DNA of 33,191 nt from positions 264,562 through 297,752 of the forward strand of contig NMRA01000366.1 in assembly GCA_002633005.1 (NCBI GenBank). Direction: 5' to 3'. Of this stretch, positions 1-9,700 are shown one piece after another. This DNA comes from Phoronis australis. Its lineage: Eukaryota > Animalia > Phoronida. Numbering within the stretch: position 1 is the stretch's first letter; every line of letters begins with the position of its first letter. A program made the position numbers and the translations under genes. The notes beneath the pieces are model-generated. The model was not told where the DNA came from, did no database searches, and was given only the letters and a program-made list of their open reading frames with translations.

Positions 1-1714
1 TGCCATTCACATTTCTCCAGGGCCACTGACTTGCACATTGTGCCATGCAGCACTGCTGGTGTGTGGAAGTGCTGTGAGAAGAGAACGGAGTAACAAAGCT
101 TGTCTATGATACAGCTTGAAGTGGCCTTAAAATGTCACTGAACCTGGAACAAATATTGAAATATGAATAATTAAGTACTCCAGATTGGATCAAAAATTTT
201 ATCCCTGTTTTTCAAAAATATATGGTGATTGGTCTACAGTTTCATATAAAAGTAAATAATTACTATTTTCAGAAACCAAGGGTGTATATAATGAGTATTG
301 CATAAAACCGTGTCTTTATTTTTATCCCTAGCCATAACAATTCTTTAAACGCATTACGTGTCTGTAAAATATACAAGTTTTTTTAGACAACTTCAAACTT
401 TTGTTACCCTTTTTCAAGACTTTTTAATTTTGATACTTTCAGCAATTTTAAACTCAGATTACAGGTTCATGGGTCTGTCAAGCATACTTCTAGCCTAAGG
501 TTGAGGGAACCGTTTTTCTTCTAATAGAAGGTATGAAGACTTGGGTCATGGATAATCTTTCTGTTGTTTAAGAGTAATTACAAATCGTAAGGCACCATCA
601 AAAATGCAATTTTCACAAAAATGGCAGTCATTTGAATTTATAACGACTTGCAAAATTTCAAGGCATGAGTTAAGACTATTCAGTCACTGTGAATTCGGAA
701 AATGTAATATATTTTCATGAAATCAACTTGAAGGGACTTCGTGAAGGTTAAGAATTACCTCACCATGCTCTTTTCCCCAAACATGTAGTATTACCTGTTA
801 TTTCCACAAATTCAGTTGTACCAAATATTACAACCCCCCATGCCAACCCCCCCTCGGCACCTGAATAAGTAATTTAACAAATTGACTTTAAAAATAGCTG
901 TTCCTTTTCAAAGGCTTTGTTCGTTGTCTCCAATATTGAAAGTAGGCTTTGACAACAGATCTGCACTGAATGGGAAGATCTTGTTGGTTATCTGCGGTCA
1001 AATGCTAAAAACCAATTTTTGTCCATTCAGGGACGGTGCAGAAGCGATGCATATCTCCCCTGCACGGTACAAGCCTTCAAACCTAAAAACCAAAGGTTAC
1101 GTGAAAACTGACGTGATAGATTTCCATTTCAACGTGTAATAGATTTCCAGAAGACATATGATATGGAGTAAACAAATAGTCTAATGCAATGGATATTTAT
1201 CACTCACGTAACCTTTGCCATTGGGATTGGATTGTAATCTTAACTCATTAACCTGTATCGAGTTGACAGCATAAACATTCAGCATTGATTGATGTAACTG
1301 TCACTGACAAACTTTTAGAAATCATTCCAAACAATAATAATGCTTTGATGTACGAAAAGATCCAGATTGCTACGTCAAGTATCGTATCACATATCACAAC
1401 ATACAAAGATTAACGAGACTCAGGCTGGCGACTGACTGCTGCGAAGTCGACATCGGCGAGTACTGCCTCAGTTAACAGGCATCGGTAGAATAATCATGGA
1501 ATAATCGTTAAAATAATCACAAACCTTACCTTTGTATGAGGTCGTGCTTACTTCCTCTCATAGAAGCACCCTTTCTACGCAATCTCAGATTCAGTTGGCA
1601 CGGCTGCAAGCCATTTCACCATGTATTTAAAGGGCTCGCGAAATCGAGGCTGTTAATTTATCACCACTAGTACACGCACGCCCTCTAGTTATTGTAGATT
1701 TTCCGAATAGCCCC
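1..1714 (-). mobile_element. ISL2EU-type DNA transposon, copy 1 (right part; runs off the window start), with decayed SAP and YqaJ-like exons
   Basis: 713-1718 is nearly identical to 18844-19848. It ends in TTTTCCGAATAGCCCC followed by AT. The minus-strand exon ending at 1530 (AAG|GTAAGG) reads QLNLRLRRKGASMRGSKHDLIQR (SAP-like). Bases 1-143 minus contain TPAVLHGTMCKSVALEK, resembling the YqaJ/lambda-exonuclease motif TxAMxxGxxxExxA. Confidence 0.75.
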
Positions 1715-1776
1715 ATTGGTTACCATTTCATGCCCGGTCTAAGATGATTAGAAGCTCTGCGAGACGTGATATGTAC

Positions 1777-2262
1777 GGCGTTTTCCCGTTGCTCCCAACT
1801 TCGATTCTATGGCCCAACAACAAGTTGGGAAGATCACCCCTGTAGCCAATATCTTACACGACCGATTAACTCCATTCTGGCATTTATGGTTGGAGGGCCA
1901 GCTCTCTTTTGTTCGATAATTGCTCTAATTTCCGATCAGATCGCATCTAGCCTGACTGGGTTGTGCTGCTAAAAATGAAAGTTAAGTTATAACATATTGG
2001 AACAAACCAATATCATTTCTGAATTGCTTGTCAAATGCTGATCATGTTTAGTTTTTGAATCACCAAAATCGCCCAACTACAACAGAAGTTAAGACTATCC
2101 AATCTGCCAGGTTTCAGTAACCCTTTGAAGCCTGGTAGGTAATTGTCCTGCTTGTTATCATGCGGGACAATAGACTGTGCTGGACAGTTAACAAAGGAGC
2201 CTGTTGTTATCGCACGTTCAGGACCCCTCACTTCTGGAAAAGTTACTGAACGACAAAACGCC
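1777..2262 (-). mobile_element. Diverged inverted fragment of the Kolobok-type family at 7585-9531
   Basis: The reverse complement aligns by eye with about 8294-8806, including shared blocks AAAAGAGAGCTGGCCCTCCAACCAT and GTGTAAGATATTGGCTACAGGGG. Confidence 0.8.
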
Positions 2263-3570
2263 GTCATGTGGTCGCGTTTTCTTTTTTTTTGTTTTGTTTT
2301 CTTTTTCTTTTTTTTTGTTTTTGGCTTTCAAACTCGCCGAAACAACTCTCTTAATTTCAAAAATAGGGAAAAGACAGCCGACCTCACGGCCAGACTCGTT
2401 TGTCTTGCAGGTCAGCTCTTGTGTTTAGATCGAGTTGAGCTTTGTGTGTAAACAAAACATCACGTGATTGGCCTAATGAATATTCAATTCCAAGTTCATG
2501 CATTCGCGAGGATTCCAAGTTCACGCACAGCAGACATTCTCGTCCCCAAACCTCAAGATGAGCGCTCAAATGGCTAAACCGATCAGCGCCATCTTGAGGC
2601 TTGAGGGAAGAGGCTGGCTGGGTGGAAGGGGTTGTGGGTCTAGGGAGTAGGGGGGGNGGGGGGGGGCGTAGGGCTTTAGAACAATCCAGGTAAACTAGAT
2701 CGAAATTATAGTCAGCAGTAGGTACACAGTTCATTGCGATGCACCCCACGGGTCAAGAGACTAATATACTGAAGCAACTAACTAGAAAATGTAGAATAGA
2801 AACCGAGCCCGTAGTTTAATTGTGCCGAGAGTATGAGATCGAAACAGTGAAACGTTAAATCACCGATAAAATTAATGAATTTGAATGAGCATTTGCCGTG
2901 AGGTTATTCGAGACTGGGTGCATTCGTTCTCAGTGGTCGTATGCATGCAGACGCACTCTCAGGCTCGTTTGTGCCATTAAAGACATGAATAACATTTTTA
3001 TTTGTCAAGGATTTAGAAAATGTTTAATTTTATGGACTGGAAATTAACTGTTGCTGGAAAACAAAATATCTGGAGAAAAGTGAAAAAACTACATGAAGAT
3101 TGACAATTATTTTTAAAGCTGCATTTCGTCCTTTTTATCTCAGTCTCTAAAACAAAATGGCTTCTGTCCTCTATGGAAATCGTTCTCATAGTATTCCTTA
3201 CGTCAGGTGGGTTCTATTCCAGCTATCAAAAAGAATATGGATTAAGCCAATAGCGACTCCAAAAACGCTTCATAGTTCACCGGAATTGGGTTACCCTAAA
3301 ATTGCGAATTCGAAAATGGCGCATTTCCGTATTGCTTAGTCATGGGAAATGGAATCCTACAACAGTCTGGATATCATGAAAACAATTTTGTGAAAGTAAA
3401 AGACATAATTCGATTTTGGTTTTTGTGTCACAGGCTATAATAACCAAGTTGCAGTATACTCCAGCTTCTGCTGTGTAAAGTGGCGGATTTAGGGGAGGGG
3501 CAAAAGGGCCATGTCTCCCCTAAAATTCTCAGATTCCATTTGGTAGTTCGGTGTGCGAATTGGTGACTGG

Positions 3571-3727
3571 CACATGCGCTCATCTAAGGGGCTCGGGGGG
3601 CGGAATACACAATGCATATCCTTGAACAAACCCCGTTTGCCGTTTTTTTTTTTAGTTATAAGGTCCACAAACCCAAAAGTAGTAGACCCCCTACATCCCT
3701 TCATTTTAGGCTGGGTGCGCGCATGTG
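3571..3727. mobile_element. MITE-like element
   Basis: Terminal inverted repeat CACATGCGC(T/G)CA. The right end GGCTGGGTGCGCGCATGT resembles GGCTGAGTACGCGCATGT near 15825-15842. No TSD found. Confidence 0.5.
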
Positions 3728-4076
3728 GTGAAATTCTGGTTATTCCAGTGCCNCCCCCCCCCCCCTTAACTCAAAATTGCATACACTGTGCTCTATGCAC
3801 TAGGAGAGATGGCTATTTTCTTATACAGCGGCGGCGACAACATTCTAAATGGCAGCGACTGCAACGCTTACAACATCACGTAGACCGGCTACTATTGTTC
3901 GACTAGAGTAGTACTGTGGCTGTACATAGTACTCAAAGTGTTTCCTTAAACCAGTGCTTTACTGTACATTTGTGTATGCCATACGCAAAAAATGCATATA
4001 CACACCAGGTGCCGTTTTACGAAGAACGTGTAACTGTAGCCAAGAAACAAAATAAAATCGGTTTCGACATTTTTCG

Positions 4077-6784
4077 TCAATGAAAGATAGATGGTATTTT
4101 GACTTGATGAATCTCGTCTTTAAAATCGTCCTCTTTTTCTTTTTCCTTTTCTTCCGCGTGATAAGCCCACTCTGGCTCCATTTCGGACAACTCTTGGCGC
4201 TTTAACCGCTCCCGCTCTTCTTTTTCTTGTATAGCTCGCTTTTTCTTCTCAAGCTCTTTGTCTACTTTTGACTTCCATTTTTCAGCGTCTTTTAGATTTT
4301 GCTCTGCAAGTTTCTTGCGCCTTTCCTCCTCTGCTTTCAACCGTTTTTCCAAGTCCTGCTTCTCCTTTCTGTATGTTTTAATGGCTTCATTATCAACATC
4401 ACCTTGTGATGATGTCAGAAGCGCCCTAAGCTTAAAAAGTCTTTTCTTCTTTTGGTCCGCTGATTCCCCTTCCAAGCTATCGAGGTCACCAATTTGATAC
4501 TCTTTAATTCCACGAGCCTTCATAAGTTTTGCCACTCTTTTCCGTTTGTCTGCCTTACTTTCGCCGTCTAGTGTTGCCCATGATCCAATGCTAAACTGAT
4601 CGGCATCCATTTTGCTTGAAGTGCTCTCCTTTGCATATTTCTTTCTCACGTCTATGAAACGATACATTTTGTCTAAATACGATTCCCCTGCTAACGAGTC
4701 TAAATCGCTTTCATTGTACTTGACGCCTTTCTTTTTCAACATGTTCGTTATACGAGCTTTCTGTTGCTGGCTACTTTCACCTTTCAACAAAGTCCACGAA
4801 CCAAGCTCGCTGCTCAAAGCGCCGGCACCGGCTAATAACCCGTAATTGGCTCTCATTTTATGCAGCCTAACTTTCATTTCATGGCGTGTTTCTCCCGCGA
4901 GAGCCTCCAGGTCGTGTTCGTCAAATTTCAGTTTTCGCATTTGCATTTTCTTTGCTACCCTTTCCCTTTTCGCCTTCAGACTTTCTCCAGGCAAAGACGC
5001 CCAGGACCCTATGTCCTCTTCGCCCGATAAACCCATAGTTTGTCTGAGGAGTACGAGCCTTTCTATTCTGGCAAGGTGTGTTTCATCTCTCCTGTGATCT
5101 AGAACTCCGGTATCAAAATTACTAAATCCAATTTCTTTTAGTTTTTTCGATATTCTTTGCTTCAATTCATCGATAGTTTCTCCGTTTAGAGACGTCCATG
5201 ACCCCAATTCTCCCCTTGTTGTCAATCCGTATCTCTTCCTCAAGGCCACTAGCCTATGCTTCTTTTGTTCGGAAGTTTCACCAGGAATGTTTTCTAGTTC
5301 AGATCTGTCAAATCCTTTAATGCCTCGAGCATTCAGTTCATTTGCGACCCTGGCTATCTTTTTCTCAGGTGACTCGCCGTCTAGTGTTGCCCAGGATTCC
5401 ACGCTCCCATCATCGTCTTTCAGCGCCGGTGCGTTGTGAGCTGTCGACAGTCCATAATCAGACCTAAGGTCAATCAATCTGGCTTTTTTTTCGTCCGCTG
5501 TTTCATCCACTTCGCTATTCAATTCGTCAGAGTCGAACGACGAAAAACCCCTTTCTCGCATTTGCTTGGAAATGCGTGCTTTCTTTTGCTTTGCCGTTTC
5601 TCCTGGTTGCGTACCCCATGAACGTAAAGACCCTTCACCTGTACGGTGATGATGGGATTTGTTTTCAGTTCGTTTTGAGTAAATAAGATATCCACAGCAC
5701 ATGAGTAGTAGAATTCCAACAGCTCCAGCTGCTATCATTATGTACATAGTATAATCGCGTTTCTCATGTTCTCCATGAAACTTTCCTGCAATTGGATCAT
5801 AACCTTCAGTCCAGGTTCCTGTTTTGACATCAAACTCTTTGTGGTAATTTCCAGTTACAGGGTTCCAACCCAACTTCCATTTATTCTGACTCCAGTCAAA
5901 CATCCCAGCAGAATTGGGCGCCGTATTTGGATCTGCATAACCGTCTTTCCATCTTTGGTTAATAGGATCGTATCCAGGAAACCATTCACCATTAGTTCCA
6001 AACTGGTTGTTAAATCCTTCTTTCCATCTGCCGTTCATGATGTCCCAACCCGGGTTCCATTGATTAATTTCGTACAAAAAACCAGGGGAATACCTTTTCG
6101 TTTTGTCACTTGTACCTCTGTTAATTATAGGGCTTTTATATCCCGGCTCCCACTGCGAAGTTTGCTTGTTGTATCCTGGTGAAAATACTTTCAAAACGTC
6201 GTCATAGCCCTCCGATGATGTGTCTCCTTTCTCGCTGCGAGAAGCCAAATCCCAACCATCCCGCCACTGATTTTTCGCAAAATCGAAGCCCAGTGAGTTA
6301 CCTGGATTGTAATAATTGCCCTGCCATTGACCTTTGCTAGGATCGTACCCAGGATACCAATCCGCGAACTGTTCGTTCCAATTATCATTCATCCCTCCAG
6401 CTTCCATTGGTGATACGCCTTGAAAAGTGTTTGTACTGGGATTGTACCCGTCTGTCCATCTGTTTCGAGACCTACTCCAAAAGGGATTCCAAGAGTTTTT
6501 TACCATGTTAAACCCAGGATACAGTTCCCCTGTTTTGGGGTCAAAAGGACTCTTGAAGCCAGGTCTCCAAGCCCGGTTATCCTTATCATATCCTGGATAC
6601 CACCTCCTAGCAGGAACATTCCAACCTTCGCTGTACCTGTTTTCTTCTGGGATATATCCTTCTACGTATTCGTTATTACTGCCGGGTTTGATAGGAGAAT
6701 AAAAGTTGGGCTTCCATCGCTTTTTTACGTTGTCCCATCCGATAACGTAGTTGTTGGCTTTTGTGTTCCACGTGTTTTTTTCGT
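4077..6784 (-). CDS. Coding exon 4 (2.7 kb, terminal): extracellular aromatic/Gly repeats, TM helix (about 5747-5679), six cytoplasmic repeats, coiled coil
   Basis: Uninterrupted 902-codon frame. Acceptor ttgtcatttcag|AC is phase 1. TM segment MYIMIAAGAVGILLLMCCGYLIY is followed by basic KR. The ORF track's start at 6821 is a non-ATG codon inside the intron. Confidence 0.93.
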
Positions 6785-9700
6785 CTGAAATGACAATCAA
6801 TAACGATGTTGATGTAGACAAGGAAGGAAATTTTCGAAATGTCGGTTTTAGACAATGCTATCCATCTGGATGAAGCTGCAGTAATGTTAATAGTGTTACT
6901 GTCCTAGCTTTAAGCATCCTATTTACATGTAACTACGTTTTTCTCAACCTTTTCCACTTACACTAAATGTGCATGTGCTTGAGAACCCTATCTGTTTTGT
7001 TTTTAACTCTAGGTGAGGATTTATTTCCCACAAGGTTCAAAAGTAAACTTCTTGGCATTCAAGAGATGAGAGGCAAACAAAGTTCGTCAATAGATCTTTT
7101 TTCAATTGATTGAATATGACACCAGATTCACATGGGCCATCTGAAAGTTACTGGCCTTGCTGTAAATCCGCTGGCCAAGGGCCACCGGGCTGTTATGTTA
7201 TGGACATACACCCACGACGTCATAGACAGTAGTAACACAAGACGTGTTATGCAAGGCACAGTCCTCTGATAAGTTAAATGAGTCTCCGGACATAACATTT
7301 TGACCCACAAAGCTTGAAGCACTAACTTTGAATGAAACACGAAACACTAGTTTAAAGTGTTAAGAGACTCTTCAATTTTTCATATTTTAGTGGCGAGTTC
7401 TCGGATTACAAAGGCTTAAAAGAAAATCTCGGATGCCTTTTTGTAGGTGAGTGTAGCAGATAGATAGATTTGCAAGTGCGAAAGGTTTCAACCAGAAAGA
7501 GCAATCTATGTGAAACCCACTTTCTAAAAAATAAACACTTTATTTTTTTTTCTGTAATGCGCTGAGATAACTAAGGGTGTTTAAAGGCAAAGGCAACATT
7601 TTTCATGTCATCTTCAGTAAAAATAAGGTTCGTTAATTATCTCGGACATGTTTTTCAGTTAATTACGGCTTCTCGCAATGTAATTAATTACTCGTGCCAT
7701 ACTCCGGTAGTGACGTTTAGGGAATCGAGAACTACGCGCCAATTTTGTTCTGCGTTCGAGTTTACTGTGAGGATCTGTATCACCACTTCCTATCTATGAG
7801 CATTCTCCGACAAGTTAGGTTGTTAGAGAACTCAGATACAATGCATTTAGGGATTGTTTAGATTGTAGTAACTTGAAAATGGCTGGAGTCTCCTACCCAT
7901 TTCACAGTGACCGTAGTGACGTGAGTGACGGAGAATTTTGTTCACAGCAGTGGTGACGAAGAAGTTCTCATGGACAGTCAGTGGGTGGGTATACGTTTGA
8001 GCCCGAGTATAATGAGGCAGATTACGCACGGCCACAGGCAGCTGTTCTGAGGAATGACAAAGAGACTAAGGACAGACGTGGTGGAATGCCTTGGTGCAAA
8101 TGCACGGTGTGCACTGTTATGCCGACCTCAATGGAATGGCTATGCTGTTCAGAGTTCGACGAGGCCAAGCGACTACTGGAATCTGTATATACTTTCCATG
8201 TACCTTGATTGACACAGCGCATCCTGACTTAGGTGTCCATTTGAATGCTGGTGTGCTAGGCACCTTCTTTAGAAGTCACAGAGCTAACTCAAGGCGGTTT
8301 TTTTCCCATTCAGTGACTTTTCCAGACGTAGAGGGTGGTTAGCGTGTGATAACATTTGGCTTCTTTGTTAACAGCCAAGCACTGGTATGATAACAGGTAG
8401 GCCAATTATGTACCAGGCTTATTACAAACCACGTGTGAACACAGTCAAACCCAGAGCGGAATGGAAAACGTTCGGAAAGAATAGAATGTCATGACTTCGG
8501 TTGTAGCTAGGCGATTGTGGCGATTCAAAAATTAAACATGATCACTATTTGACGAGGATTTCAGAAATATTATTCGTTTATGTTCAAATACGTTATAACT
8601 TAACGTTTATTTTTAACAGCACGGCCCAGTCAGGCTACTGAGATTGGAGATTATAGAGCAATCATCGAACAAAAGAGAGCTGGCCCTCCAACCATGAATG
8701 CCAGAATGGAGTTAATCACTCGTGTAAGATATTGGCTACAGGGGCCATCTTCCCAACTTGTTATTGGGCTATAGAGTCGAACAAGTTGGGAGCAACGAGA
8801 ACACGCCATCATGTGGAGGAGATTTCCCAATGCAAAGGGTCTGGCGGAAGCCGTACGCGGGATGCGTAATTAAAAATATAGCCATTCTGATTGTAAATCC
8901 TGCTAATATGTCCAAATTTGTTACCCCACCATAGTTTCCTCGCAGCATTTAGCCTACGGCAGTAGTGTATTCCTCAAGATTTCACCTTCCGGTACTTTTA
9001 TGACTAAATAAATGCATCCTACTTCAGGGTTTTTGGTGCGAAATGGACGCCGCCACAATTTTGTTTTTCATTTTTTTTTTCAGGCGTTGTTTTGCAAGGA
9101 AATTCATCAATTCAGCGTACATCTCATTCGTAATCTGACGGTAGAAAATGCTGGCCACACACTCGGTAATTCTCCACCGCTTTGTAGGTTGCGTGGACGG
9201 GTAACGCTGCGTTCTTCACACGAACGAGTCAAGTACGGGGACGTGTGTAATTTTTCGGAAAGCGATGTAATGGTACACCCAGAGTGCGCGTGAGACGATA
9301 ATGAGTACATCCCGGTACGCAGCAACTGTGCGACATATTGACTGACTCGTAAACATGCAACGACCAAACTTAACACAACCGAGGTAGAAAAATGACTGAC
9401 GCGACAGCTCACACATTCAGACTATATGAAAAGAAAACTACCGTAATTATTGACTACCAAAACGTCACTTCCGGAGTTTGGCATGAGTGATTAATAGCAT
9501 TACGAGCAGCCTTAATTAACTGAAAATTATGTGTGGGATAATCCCCTGCCATATGCCACACGGTGGGTTGTGCAGGAGGAAGTTGACAACATGTTAAAGT
9601 GTGGAGTCATAGAACCATCTGATACACCCTACAATTCCCCGGTGGTCTTAGTGAAGAAGGACGGTTCAAATCGATTCTGCATCGATTTTCGTCGTTTGAA

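Larger units (their letters stand above)
7585..9531. mobile_element. Kolobok-type DNA transposon, internally deleted, with its right terminus lost at the Gypsy junction
   Basis: Left end TTAA|AGGC. Long imperfect subterminal inverted repeat, about 7647-7720 versus 9460-9531. Convergent remnants of a Cys-rich KolX-like ORF (+) and a THAP ORF (-). Confidence 0.72.

Noticed and set aside
882-1139. Duplicated 85-aa plus-strand ORF (also 19013-19270)
   Set aside because: It is conserved only because the transposon is duplicated. The recognisable coding remnants are on the opposite strand.
4258-6788. Several plus-strand ORFs overlapping exon 4
   Set aside because: Antisense shadows of the real coding exon with no recognisable motifs.
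6855-6918. CTGGATGA followed by a hairpin, superficially like a hammerhead or SECIS
   Set aside because: The core is not CUGANGA, there is no GAAA after the stem, and it is intronic and antisense to the gene.
7981-8342. Host P2X7 receptor gene
   Set aside because: Only the Cys-rich C-terminal-like domain is present, it is frameshifted, and it sits within transposon inverted repeats.
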